A DNA stretch of 64,000 nucleotides from contig OX597832.1 in the NCBI GenBank assembly GCA_951406725.2, positions 13,764,001 through 13,828,000 on the forward strand. Reading direction: 5' to 3'. The notes beneath the pieces are model-generated. The model was given only the letters and a program-made list of their open reading frames with translations. It made no database searches and had not been told where the DNA came from. Of this stretch, positions 1 through 12,640 are shown piece by piece (position 1 is the stretch's first letter; each line of letters starts with the position of its first letter). A program made the translations under genes and the position numbers. The stretch comes from Octopus vulgaris. Taxonomy: Eukaryota.

Positions 1-31
1 CCTACACCCATCTCTCCAATTTACAAAGGAG

Positions 32-969
32 ATGAGTAGTACCAAATTACCATTCCTGGATATAATGGTAATTAAAAAAGACACCACCATCACCACAGAT
101 ATATACTATAAACACACAGACACACATCAATACCTAAATTTTAAGTCGTGCCATCCACCACATACAAAACGTAACATCCCATACTGCCTAGCCAGAAGAA
201 TTTGTACCATTGTAGAAGATGCAAATATCAGGAACAAACGCCTAATAGAACTAAGAGAATTTTTGCTCAAACAAAAATACCCATCTCTACTTATAGAAAA
301 TGGCATACAGCGGGCTATAAAAATACCCATACAACAACTTAGGACAACCCAAGGAAGAGGAAAACAAGAACAAGTCATACCATTCATAGTGACACACAAC
401 CCATGTCACCAGAATATCTTCAACATTGCCAAAGCAAACCTACCAATCATTGCCCAAAGTAATGAATTAAAAGACATAATCACGGATCGTGCTATGGTGC
501 TTAGTAAAAGCCTAAAAACTTGAAAACATTACTAACAAAGGCAAAATTTGACCTCAGCAACAGAGACCAAACATTCACGGTATCTAAATGCAATGATAGC
601 CGATGTGGCACATGCCAATTCATACATACCGGTCAATATATAAACACAAAAACCGGGAAAATATTCACAAACGCGAATATGAACTGCAAAAGCAGAAATT
701 TAATTTACTGCATCAAATGCCCAAATTGTGAAGAAATATATGTAGGTCAGACGGGAAACGCACTATTAGACCGCTCACGTGTACACCGGCAACAGATTAG
801 AGACCCAGAGGTCCGTCAGATACCTTTGAGTAACCACCTAGCAACATGTGGCCGGAAAATGTATATAATATTTCCGTTCTACAAATTACACAGCCCAAGT
901 GAAATCGAGAGGAGAATCAGAGAAAAGAATTTTATTGATAAATTCGAACCCAAGCTAAATAAGCAATAA
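32..969 (+). pseudogene. PLE RT-thumb plus GIY-YIG endonuclease ORF, frameshifted near 510; 5' part lies outside the window
   Basis: The frames join as LSK(R..)/PKNLKTLLTKAKF, consistent with a small deletion at ctt agt aaa ag|cct aaa aac. Otherwise the frames are open to TAA at 967-969. Confidence 0.85.
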
Positions 970-1286
970 CAATAATACTTAGAGGTATTACTTCCACTGC
1001 TACGACCATGACCACTAACAACAACAACAATACTAAAGGTGATCAAGATGAAGATAGCAGGAAAATTATCTTATTTAGGGTTAAAAGTTCTATTGCCACC
1101 ACCATCACCACTAGCAACAATAATGAAGGTGCTGACAATGATGATGATGACAATTGAAATATAAAAATATAAAAATCTCTGACAAAGGATATTTACAACA
1201 TTTCTAACAATAACCCAACAATTGCTGCTTCGGCCAGGGTCAAGATACGGGACTCTTGACATGTCCAACAAAGCGTGATGCCTAAA

Positions 1287-1428
1287 CCAATCAGCTCAAC
1301 CAACCAATCAGCTTAAGTAATTGAGTGATACTACACACTGATTGGTCAGAATACAGTTTGCAAAACCTAGCACTCTGGAGCCTACCCAGCTGTATTTATA
1401 GCACAGAATCAATCGTCTTGCTACAGTC
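1287..1428 (+). promoter_or_regulatory. Putative Pol II promoter in the PLE pLTR (3 CCAAT boxes, TATA-like box, Inr-like site)
   Basis: CCAATCAGC at 1287 and 1304, reverse CTGATTGG at 1338, TATTTATA at 1393-1400, and ACAGTC about 30 nt downstream. Confidence 0.5.
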
Positions 1429-1462
1429 AAAAATTGTGAAGCATGACTGTCAACACTACTAC

Positions 1463-1509
1463 ATGAACCCGAAGATTGCAGAATTCAATGCATGAAAGTA
1501 CTAGTTCAT
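1463..1509 (+). ncRNA. Type I minimal hammerhead ribozyme with CCGAAGA core variant
   Basis: Stem I ATGAAC/GTTCAT; core CCGAAGA; stem II TGCA/TGCA; GAAA; palindromic GTAC loop; TA cleavage site at 1502-1503. Confidence 0.8.
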
Positions 1510-1720
1510 TCAGAATGAACATTTAATATTCTACTATTTCATTTTATTTTATTCAATTATAATATATTATCTTATAATATATCATTATAAGATTGTAAAT
1601 AAAACGTGAAAATCAGACAAGGTTGGAATTCTTTTTATTAATATATATATATATATATATATATAGTTAATAATGATGAAAGGAAGAAAATGGAGAATGG
1701 GCTTGACACCCTCGAATTGA

Positions 1721-1791
<71 letters not shown>

Positions 1792-2391
1792 TAACTAAAG
1801 ACCCTTCTTCAAGAAATCTATTGGGTAATATTGCTGAGAGAAGACTTTTCTTTAGTGTCTGTAACTATGAATGTTCGAATTGCATTGTTATCGTACCTAA
1901 TCGTCTGCCTGCAGCTATGATCTGTTATTTGTTTCGCGGGCCTTACTAGTTGATTAAGGTAAAAATATCTTTCAGATTTATATTCTCAATTTTGTGGGTG
2001 CTTTTTTCTGCCCCTTCAATGGCTAGTTAGATGTTTTAGACGAGACATTTTGCGTTTATCAACAGAGGGAGCATTTGTATAAGGTAACCTTTAGCCTGTA
2101 TGTGGATTTATAGTAAGGTACTTCCAGTAATAACGGACCCTTATTCAAAATATTTTGACTTCTATGTATTATCCTGAAGTCACTACTTCAATCCCTCACA
2201 AGATAGGTTGAAAGCTTAATGGAAGTCAATAACAGACCGAGAGATCTCAGCCTATAAATATTGAGAAAATTAACTTGTAAATGTTCATTCCCTGGACACC
2301 TTTCTCACAGCAAGCGCAGCTATCAACTTAACTGAACACATTGCTTCTAATAATATTAATTGCTCTTTAGTGCAAAATCTGAAATCATTAT

Positions 2392-3155
2392 TGCGAGCCG
2401 GCAGAATCGTTAGCACGCTGGGTAAAATGCTTAGCGGCATTTCGTCCCTCTTTACCTTATGAGTTCAAATTCAGCTGTGGTCGACTTTGCCTTTCATCAT
2501 TTCGATGTCTTTAAAAATAAGTACAAGTTGAGCACTGCGGTCGACATAATGGAATTACACCTTATGCGAAATTGCTGATCATGAGTTAAAATTTGAGATT
2601 CTTCTCATTCAATTCAGTCGAGATAGATTTGTCTTCCATCCTCTCGGGATCGATAAATTAAGTACCAACGAAACACTTACTTCAATGTGATCCATTACTC
2701 CCAACCTAAAAATTTCAGGCTTACTGCCTTTGTCAGAAACGTTTTTTCTTCTTCTTCTACTTATTGCTGTTGTTGCTGTTGTTGTTGTTGTTGCTGCTGT
2801 TGCTGTTATCACTTCCGCAAATTCCGCTGGGGTGACTTTATTTTTCATCATTTAGGAGTCGATAAAATAAGTAGCGATTGAGTACTGAGGTCGTTGCAAT
2901 CGATTTACTCACTCCCTCGAAGATGCTGGCCTTGTGCCAAAATTTGGAACAATAATTTTTAAAGTAGCGAACTAGAAGAATCGTTAGCATACCAAACAAA
3001 ATTATTAAGTCCTGAGTTCCAAATCTGCCGAAGTCGAATTTTGTCTTTCGTCCATTCCGTGTCTTTGAAATAAGGACGAGTCGACCACATGGCTCTATGT
3101 AATGGACTATCACTTCTCCAAAACTTTCAGGCCTCGTTCCTCTTCTGGAAATCAT
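2392..3155 (+). mobile_element. Cluster of about 4 degenerate tRNA-derived SINE family B copies
   Basis: Repeated GCAGAATCGTTAGCAC, GAGTTCAAAT (B box) and TTTCATC..GTCGATAAA.TAAGTAC motifs, homologous to the copy at 38957-39187. Confidence 0.75.
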
Positions 3156-3236
3156 TATTATTACTGCTTTTGTTTTTCTCCTTCCAACTATTTATTATCC
3201 CACTTACATCACATATATATATATATAGTCATAGAA

Positions 3237-3320
<84 letters not shown>

Positions 3321-3837
3321 TGTGAGTGAGATTACTAGACATTCAGACAAAAAGACAGAAGTAAAGAAAGATACATTGCAGTAAGATATATGCATAAAAC
3401 TTCTTATCTTTAACATCGTCTTCAGCAATTTTTTTCTTTCATTTTCAAATTATTGAAATTGTTTTTTCAAATTTTTTTATCACCTACCAACTTAGATTTT
3501 GTTTACACGCTGTCACATTCTTCGTGATATTTTCTGGTGACACTTCTGGTACCTTTATTATTATTTTGTAGATTGTTTTTTTTTTTGTTTTTTTTTTCTC
3601 ATTTTAGCGCTGAGATTTTACTGAATTTTGCTTCTGCATACCTGTATACACATGTGTTCACATGTCTGATTGTATATAATATTTATGAAGGAATGTACTG
3701 GCGTATTATATGTATTACTGTATTTAGGAACGTATACTTTTATGTACACCTCTGATTTATATATATATATATACACACATATTCTCTCTCTCACACTATA
3801 TTCTTCTCTCTGAAACACACAAACACACACACATTTT

Positions 3838-3872
<35 letters not shown>

Positions 3873-4283
3873 GAGTACCTGAAAAGGCGCATACTCACAC
3901 ATACACACACATACCTTCATATATATGTGTGTGTGTGTGTGCCTGTGTTTGTAGGTATGCATTCGAGGATTTATATGTATTTAAATCTTGAGTATACTAC
4001 CGGAAAACTTAATGGCCTGTTTCTGTCGATGCTTTTGGCAATCTATACATGAAAATTCTGTCCATTTTATTCTTATTTCTCTCTGTCACTTGGTCTTCTT
4101 TACATAGTATTTTGTTCGTATATTTTCAAATTTCCAAATGAAACTTCTTCTCTGTGTGCATGTATGTGTGTGTGTGTGTGTATGTGTGTGTGAGTGTGTT
4201 TATATATAAGTGACTAAACGTGAAATCATCTATGAACTGGCTACATCTGCAACTCAAGGGAGCTTGTCTCCTTTGTGAGTTCA

Positions 4284-4757
4284 TTAAGACGGTGCTTTTG
4301 TGGTTATTGAATTGCTTTGACTCTTATTTCTAGCAAAACCGGTGCCCTTTGTTCACTTTAATGAGGTATATGTTCCAAGCTTTAGGCTGTAAAATTGCAA
4401 ATTATCATCCCATATTATTTATAATTTAAACTTTTACTGTTTATGAAATCAGCGTATTATTTCAACGGAAATCTTATAAGCTCACCAGGGAAAATGTGTT
4501 TAACCCTAGGTGCGGAGAGACTTACCGATGTGCATTAAGGTTCGTTAAGAATCATAATACGACATCATCAATAATCTTACCATATCTGCGGCCGTAGGCA
4601 GCTTTTCAGTCCATTAAGACAGCTCTTCTGTTGATACTGAGTTACTTTGACTCCTATTTCTAGCAATATTGGTGCTAATTAGTACCCTGTGTTCCTTTTA
4701 ATGACGTACATATTTCTGCCTTTCGTTCGGAAACTTACAAATTATCCACCCATATCA
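4284..4757. repeat. Diverged direct repeat of about 135 bp (4284-4416 and 4614-4757)
   Basis: Both copies share TTAAGAC...CTTTGACTC.TATTTCTAGCAA...TTTAATGA.GTA.AT...CAAATTATC..CCCATAT. Confidence 0.7.
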
Positions 4758-5874
4758 AATATATATATATATATATATATCATTACAAATTTGGGATTTT
4801 ACCAATAGAACCGCAAATCTTAATTCAGTAAATCCTTATTGTATGGAATATACGTAGAAAGTTATATCCAATAAAATAATAACAATAATGAAATAATATA
4901 AGCGTTTAAAAACCTACTGTTTATAATATAATAAAATTATTTGAAAAAATATATATAACTTACCTGCTATTATATAGCGGTGGTCTTACTAGACAAATGT
5001 CTAAACATTCCTAAATACATTCAGCCTAATGAACCTATGATACAAATACCCAAATTAATTGATTAAAATTAAATCATGTGCTAATTACTATTACTTATAC
5101 AGGGTCCTAGCACAATTTGCTAAATCATACTTAATATATATTATTATAATTATAATTATAAAAATTATAATTATATTGCTAATATTACTAATCTTTTCGA
5201 TATATCAACACTTGCTTGGGCGCATGCATAGGGGGCCTATCACAAAACTACACTTCAATTCATACAAAATATCCCTAAGTGTAATAATGTTTCAAAGGAA
5301 AGCGCCTGCTGTAGTACACGGTACAAGCAAATACAATCTAAAGAGGTGTGCAGTTAATATTAAGTACTTTAATTATGGCATAAGCATAGGAGGAGGGGTT
5401 CGTAAATAAGTAAATCTAATGAGGTCATCTATAAATGGGAGTGGACAAAAAGACTGACTAAAAATTAAGCCCAGAATGAAATTAAGTTAATTTCAACAAG
5501 TTAACACATGGCACAGGAAGTAAAGTGAAGTTAAAGTGAAGTTAGTTGCAAATAAAGCCATTGCTGAGATGGCAGGTACAGACTCTCTTAGGTGAGAGTA
5601 ATTGAGGGGGATGGAGTACTTATGCCCCCTGTATTCTAAATTAGGTTCATAGTTCATACTTACATATCTATAACTACTCTTTGTATACTTGTAATTTACG
5701 TATGTATATGAGAATGTATCATTACATATATGCATATATTTTTACTTGTATCTACATTTTATTACCTAGAAATTTATATTCCCATTGCGTACTACCATAT
5801 GAGTGTACAGTATATATGTATGTATGTATATACATATGTGCGTGTGTGTGTGTATACACACACACACACACACA

Positions 5875-5924
<50 letters not shown>

Positions 5925-6564
5925 ATACCCATAGATGTATGGTATGTGTATACAAAATATGATTGAATTCCATTTGATTATGAATTTTTTTATTAATTTC
6001 ATTCATTTGGGCGAAGTCGAAAGAGATGTAAGGGAACATGTTGAACTTTTGCAGTTAAAAATTTATATTAACGCTACTTGTCTATTTTCTGCATTTTAAT
6101 TTGTATAATTATAAACAAAGTTTTATTCTTAAACCTATTAGTTTATACTTATTACTATTCACATAATGATAGCTAACAAACCAGCAATTCATCGAATATC
6201 TTCTAACCCTTAAGGTGGCTATCTTAAACTTAAGCATTGCTGCAGTCAGATTACTGAAACTATTAAATGAATAATAGGATAGGAAGAATTCACCGTTAAA
6301 GGGAATATTGCTCCTATCAACTGTTACTGCTCCACTGACTTTTAAATGTCAACACTGTTTAAAAGATATATGTCCAAGTAGCATCAAATGAAATCACTTA
6401 CAGATTGTGGCAATATCAATTTTCTCAATAAGCATTGTTTAAACCTTTCTACATTGTCTCTCAGAAATCCTGCCACGTCGCTTTGAGATGTCTCACTTCA
6501 ATTCAATATTAGCGTTATGGGCTCTTTTCCGTTACTGCCACAGCTTTCTTTGGGTGTGGGGTTC

Positions 6565-6690
6565 TGATAGAATCGTTAGCACGCCGAGGCAAAATTCTAA
6601 GTGCTCATCAGTATTTCGTCTTTCTTTATGTTCTGTCGATGTCGAATTTGACTTACATCATTTCAGGGTCGTTAAAATAAGTTCCAGTTA
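6565..6690 (+). mobile_element. SINE family B fragment
   Basis: AGAATCGTTAGCACGCCG...CATTTCAGGGTCGTTAAAATAAGTTCCAGTT. Confidence 0.65.
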
Positions 6691-9203
6691 GGCATCACCT
6701 TTAAAGCCTACAATCAGCGATGGATGACTGTTTTACAGTGAAAAAAACCCGCATTGCTTTACAAAGGAGAGTAAGAGATCTGTTTAATCAAAATATATGC
6801 ATCATTTTGCATCACAAAACTCATAAAACAGTGCTGGAATATTTGGGAGAATTAGCACAGCCTCCATATTCAGATACATTTAAATTGCTGTAAAGCTATT
6901 TAAGTTGGAAAATTATGACCAGTAGGGAAAGCATACACAAAGAACTAATTACATGTTTATATTCAACGCCCAAGAATGTTTTCAAGTCAGGCATTTAAAA
7001 AGTTGCAAAACTAGGGAAATGATGGAAATTATATACAAGATTAAAGTTGCAGAATTCATATCACGTTATAATGCTAAAAGTTGAAGCGAACTTTCTTTAT
7101 AAACACTTGCATATTGCTTTTACTTTTCCATAGTTTTATGTGACAATAGTTTTTACTTCCCAACATTTTTTTCACTTTTATTCTTACAATCTCTATATTC
7201 CTTTTAACATTTGAGATTTGCCTATCGTAATATCCTTTCTCGGGTGCCTTTTTCTTCTACTTATAGTATTTATTATCTTCTTTTTGGTCTTCTTTCTTCT
7301 TTCTTTAATGTGCCTTACTTCTCTTTGTATAGATCTCTCTTTAATCAAACGTGCTCAATCTATTCTTTTCTGTTATATATCTCATTGTATGGCTCTTTCT
7401 CAATACACTCTATTGTCAACGCGCATATATTGTAATGAGAGTGTACGCATATCACTATGATAAAGCGTGTGATCTCATTGTCTTTCTTTGACAGATTTCC
7501 TATGAACTTAATTCTTCTTCATTTACCGGACAGCAATCCGACTGCGTATCATTATTTTTTTTTTATCTTAAGAATACAATCATGAAGACATCCCTGCTTC
7601 GTCTCTAGAATTACATAGTTTTAGATATATAATGGCTATGACACTTTCACAGTTGGTTTTCCTGAAGCTGTCAACAAGCCAATTTTGCCAAATTGATAGA
7701 AATCCTTTCAATGCACCGGTAGCTAGAAGCATATTGTATATACTGTTGAAGCTGCTTTACTTATGATAGTGTGTCCAAAAATGTATTAATGACAACTTAT
7801 GTAACAAAAATATCATGTTTCGAATCTTTCTTTGTATAAGATGCATTTAAGTTGTTTTTAGATACCTGTGCAGTGTTAGAGTTTCTGCAGATTATTTTAA
7901 ACATTTGTTTCTGTGAATATAATTTATCATGTTATTACATCTTTACTTAATATAATTTTCTATGGAACTAAATCGTGACTGTATGAAATTTTCCAAAAGA
8001 ATATTATCTTCAGCAAATAGTATTTTCTTTTAGAATATCTAATAATGGGATGAAAGTTTCTATAGGAAATGGTATTTGTTTGTATAATTTATTAAATCAG
8101 TTTAGCTTCCAAAGAAAAAAAAAACAAAACAAAAGGCACGAAAATGATTAGGCTGCTTCTTGAAAGGCAGATGAAAACCACAACTTCGTGAAAATTCTTT
8201 TTGAATCGACATAACGATTTTGTTTTACCAGTGAATTCAGATGAATGTATTGAAATGAAGCAAACATCGTCATATGTGTAACACACAATATACTTTATAT
8301 GTTGTTTCTGTCATATGTTCTATAAATTGACTTAAAGAAAGCAAAAGCGGTGCTGTTAATAGTATTTTATCAATATTACCTACATCAGCATTAACAACAA
8401 CTATATATGTTTTTAGTGAATTAAACTTGGTGAAAATTATAATTGAAAAAAGCAATCATTCATTGAATCGTCCTTGTTTTATAACGTTTTCATTTAAGTC
8501 ATCCTAGTATAAAAAGATGAACACACTGGATCGATTATTAGCAGGTCTTCGGCAATTCATTACCGTTGAATAGATAAACGATCACCCAGCACAGAGCTTC
8601 TACGTTAGATAATTGATAATTAACGACATAAGTGCAAATTACGGGTCTTCACAAACACCTAAATTATTTAGATAAATGAAAAATAATTAGAATATCTAAA
8701 TTAACATCTAGATATTTTTTTTAAAAAGTTGATTCTCTACACCAACATTCGAGACAATATTGCTTGCCTAGAATGAAAATGTTCTTCGTTTTTTTGCTAT
8801 TCGTAAAAAGAAATTGCTAATTGCCCTTGCATTTAATGAATTCATTTGCAATACAATAGAAGTAAATGAGCTAAATTCATTGTTTTTTTTTCACTGTGTT
8901 GTAAACATATACCAGCCATATTGCAAAAACATTTATATTATATTATAAATTATTTTAAGAGCCATCAATATTAATATACTGAGAAAGATCTTGAGAAATA
9001 ACGATCAACAAACGAGATAAATATTATTTATATAAACTAAGAAACTCGCATGTTTGTATATGAGTTTGTATGTGTGTGAATATGTGTGTATCAGTGCGAA
9101 GGAGTAAATATGTTAGTAGTGCACATATATATACATACATATAGACATATACTCATATATACATATAAACAGTTATACACACACACGCATATATATATAT
9201 ACA

Positions 9204-9253
<50 letters not shown>

Positions 9254-9330
9254 TACATGCATATATACATATATACATACAAAAACGCACACACACACAC
9301 ACACGCATATATATATATATATACACGTAC

Positions 9331-9495
9331 GCGCAGGAATGGCTGCGTGATACTTAGCTTGACTACAAACCACATGGTGTTCCCGGTTCAATCCCAATGC
9401 ATGGCAGCTTGGGCAAGTGAATTCTACTATAGCGTTGGGCCGACTAAATGCTTATGAGTGGATTTGGTAGACGGAAACTGAAAGAACTCTGTCGT

Positions 9496-9497
<2 letters not shown>
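9331..9497 (+). mobile_element. tRNA-derived SINE family A, 5' half
   Basis: GCGCAGGAATGGCTG...CCACATGGT..GGTTCAATCCC...GAGTGGATTTGGTAGACGGAAACTGAAAGAA, homologous to the copy at 32669. Confidence 0.8.
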
Positions 9498-9546
<49 letters not shown>

Positions 9547-9949
9547 TAATAATAATATGACAGCAGAATAATAAATGAGACCTCGATATTATGTAACTAG
9601 AGGAATTTATCTATATATAAGTAATATATATAGTCGAAACATGACCTTTCTCCTCCATGGTGAATGAATGTCAAAACATAACGAAGTTACCGAGAAAAAC
9701 TTCATAAATAAACGCGGTTGAAAACGGGCGAGTGAAAAGATATTTAAAAAGCATTCCATATGAATTGCGAATTAGCTAATTTCAAGATAAAATCTTAAAT
9801 AGATTTTTCCCCAACGTCAGCGTAATACATGTAAAAATAAACAAACAATATCAGTACATGCCCATAAGAAAGCGAGATTGCACGTCTATACACAAACACT
9901 TGAAAGAATACATCCCAAAAAAATTCAGATTTCAATCTTCTCACGTCGA

Positions 9950-10411
9950 TCCGGTTATCGATAGCGTTAGTAAAAGAGGTTTGTGATGCTTTATATTGAA
10001 AGGGTTGGAGGACATATACCTCATTTTTTATCAAGCCCTCAGCAACGTTTTTAAGTTTCACTTGAAAAGAAAACTGTGAAGACGGTTTTTCTGCCCCATC
10101 CCCAGCAATTTTGTTAAAAGGGGGGTGAATGTCGCAAGAATGACCCGAGTAAATGTGCCTACTCTAACCATGCACCTGTAGACGAAGTGGAAAGGGCACT
10201 TACAATAGTGGTCAGGACTATTGTGCACTTGTGGTATTTTCACGTGCAGTCCGATGAGGTTTCCCTCTTTTGGGATATTTTGTTATTATATTCGATTGTT
10301 TTTTTTTCTTTTTTATTGTTTACACGATTTTCAAGTAACCCTACATTTTATTCCTCCTATGTTGTCCATAATGATTTTATTATGTAAACACTTTGTGGTT
10401 AATAAAGAAAT
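9950..10411 (+). mobile_element. L1/Tx1-like LINE 3' end, degenerate
   Basis: Broken translation resembles a Tx1-type ORF2 C-terminus (ALVKEV...LKGL...FKFHLKRKL...FVKR.VNVARM...LTMHL*). The UTR ends in AATAAAGAAATC followed by (ATC)n. Confidence 0.55.
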
Positions 10412-10454
10412 CATCATCATCAACATCATCATCATCATCATCATCATCATTATT

Positions 10455-10935
10455 ATTGAGCGAGAGAGCAGTGCATGCCATCAAAGTGACACTGGGGTAA
10501 AATATTATAAGTCCAGTACACCCATCATGACTACTTATCTGATAAGGGTACCTCATGCACATGCATCACAACAATATGTACATGACACGGTTATCTCATA
10601 TCAAAATATATCATATCAACAGCGCTTGCCCTTCCAGATGAGGCCCAGTTAGAATTTTCTTCAAGTCGAGCATAAAATAATGCTCAAAATGTCCCTGCAT
10701 AAGGTTTCTTTAGAGATATTGAACGAAACACCTATGTTTCCAAAGGCAAAGTATTCATTCGCCAAAGAATTCCTCTCACCACATGGCTATAATGGTCCTC
10801 CACTGCTTCTGCTCGTGATCAGAGATGCACATATTGTCGACCACTAAATGACATGCTCAGCTGGTTAAGATCAAACAACTGACAAGCAAATCTGTGATAT
10901 TGAGCAGAGTATTTGCTGTAGCCCATCTTTACCCC
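10455..10935 (-). mobile_element. Dispersed retro-repeat of about 480 bp (LINE 3' UTR or SINE-like)
   Basis: Locally GC-elevated block bounded by an (ATC/ATT)n tail. It resembles a repeat I recall from octopus DNA; this is not verified. Confidence 0.4.
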
Positions 10936-11035
10936 TAAAATTGATGCGGCGGATTAGTTATACAGTGGATTTTAATGCAATCAAATAATCCCGGGCTTTT
11001 GCCGAATTTTGAAATAATCAATTTTGGTTTTCGGT

Positions 11036-11051
11036 TGTGGTGGTGGTGCTG

Positions 11052-11083
<32 letters not shown>

Positions 11084-11099
11084 GCTGCTTCTGCTGCTG

Positions 11100-11174
<75 letters not shown>

Positions 11175-11215
11175 GTAGTAGTAGTAGTAGCAGCAGCAGC
11201 AGTAGTGATAACTCT
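11036..11215. repeat. Compound trinucleotide microsatellite (TGG/ACT/GCT/AGT/AGC)
   Basis: Directly visible. Confidence 0.95.
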
Positions 11216-11900
11216 GCTAGCAGCAATCATCCCCTTGCACCATCTTCATCACCATTTTTTACGGCCTTCAGTACTCAGTAATCCATCTTTAAAATAGGGA
11301 TCAATTTTCTGATTCTGGAAATTATGATGTGAATTAATACCAGTTACAGGTCAAAACTCAAATGAGTGTGTCCTTTCAATTAACGCCCTTTAATTATTGT
11401 TTTCCATTTATGTATTGATTTCAGTGATTTCATATACTTTATTTATTTGGTTAACTATTTATTTCTGTTAGCAAATCCCTTTCTCCCCATGTATCTGTTT
11501 AACCTGTCATCTGTCAACATTCAAACGCTGCATGCAATCTCATTCCATCCCCTTCTTCTCACGACCATCTCTATTATTTTCATTTATATACAGTTTCAAT
11601 TCATTTATGATATGAACACCTGCGAACCTTAAATCATTTCAATTATAAATCCCTCTTTCCTTCCTCATCGCGCTTTTTCTTTTTCGCCTTCCGTTCCTTT
11701 GTTTCTATTTTCCTTTCTCTGAAATTTTCCTCACCAAGTGATCATCCTTCATCATATCACATGCATCTTAAATATCCTAAATACTCACAAACACACAATT
11801 ACACACACGCACAGATAAACGCACAGATACACACACATACACTCACACACATATAAAGGTCATATCTACCTATCTGTCTATATGTATATATGTATATATG

Positions 11901-11976
<76 letters not shown>

Positions 11977-12148
11977 TATAGATGCAGTTCCGGCAGCCGG
12001 GAGTGTTTGTCTCCCCTTCGTATATGTATATAAGGACATAGGGAAAAATGTGTCAAAGCCATCAGGAGGCGTTCGATGCTTCCTAGGGCTATACAGCGGT
12101 GGTGTACCCCCTACTGTCACGTTCTTGTTAGATTGACAGTATACAACC

Positions 12149-12188
<40 letters not shown>

Positions 12189-12189
<1 letters not shown>

Positions 12190-12365
12190 GTAAATGTAAT
12201 ATGTGACAATTATTCGGTAGCCATGATGAAGCTCCGATATACCGAGGTTGTCGGGTTACAAAAATAAAAATTAAATATGTGTCCCCTGAAATAGAAGCAC
12301 GATGGCTGGGGTCAGCCAGCTGCTACAATTTCGAGGATGTTATGAAATTGCCGTCCTCGAAAAAC
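12189..12365 (-). repeat. Relic related to the HHR element at 45316-45597
   Basis: AATATGTGACAATTATTCGGTAGCCATGATGAAGCTC matches AATATGTTACATTACTCGGTAGTCAAGATAAAACTC at 45386. The region 9575-9620 matches 45345-45385. Confidence 0.5.
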
Positions 12366-12384
12366 AAAACTGGATATGTCAGAT

Positions 12385-12640
12385 AAATAGTTATCGGTCA
12401 AGACCATTTGACATCACGCGTTCGATCGCACAAGATGCCCCCTCTCGTTATTTCTGTATGTACTGACACTAGAGCCAATAATGCGGAAGCTGGCGTAGCC
12501 GAGGTTCATCGCGCGAGAACTGGGATGCAGGAGGAACGTGTCTGCATACGTGGACGATGTCACCGTCATAGTATCGAGCCAGAAGCATATTGACCTGGTC
12601 AGCGAGACACTAAAAGAATACGAAGCGGTAAGGGGAGCGA
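12385..12640 (+). mobile_element. L1/Tx1-like RT fragment
   Basis: Broken translation: RPFDITRSIAQ/CPLS..FLYVLTLEP...NVSAYVDDVTVIVSSQKHIDLVSETLKEYEAVRGA (QG.PLS and YADD motifs). Confidence 0.8.

Larger units (their letters stand above)
1..1640 (+). mobile_element. Penelope-like retroelement (Neptune-type) 3' portion with 3' UTR/pLTR, ending at a (TA)n tract
   Basis: ORF 32-523 has PLE RT C-terminal motifs (LPFLDIMV, TDIYYKHTDTHQYL, SCHP..TKRNIPY). ORF 520-969 has a Cys-rich linker (CNDSRCGTC...C) and GIY-YIG motifs (NLIYCIKC..C..IYVGQT...R..H...HL...E..FI...PKLN). The UTR contains an HHR. Confidence 0.93.

Noticed and set aside
520-969. Stand-alone GIY-YIG gene, programmed frameshift or selenoprotein (Naiad-like) readthrough
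   Set aside because: A small deletion in a single PLE ORF is the simplest explanation. The TGA at 521-523 is reached only in the shifted frame, and the endonuclease frame has no in-frame TGA.
5415-5460. HHR-like CTAATGA...AAAA (also 26558 CTGATGT...GAAA and 12000-12066 on the minus strand)
   Set aside because: Core nucleotides or stems are missing, so they cannot be distinguished from chance.
9860-10000. Possible PLE endonuclease C-terminus (SIHKHL...DALY)
   Set aside because: The downstream context fits an L1/Tx1 ORF2 end better, and the motif is too weak.
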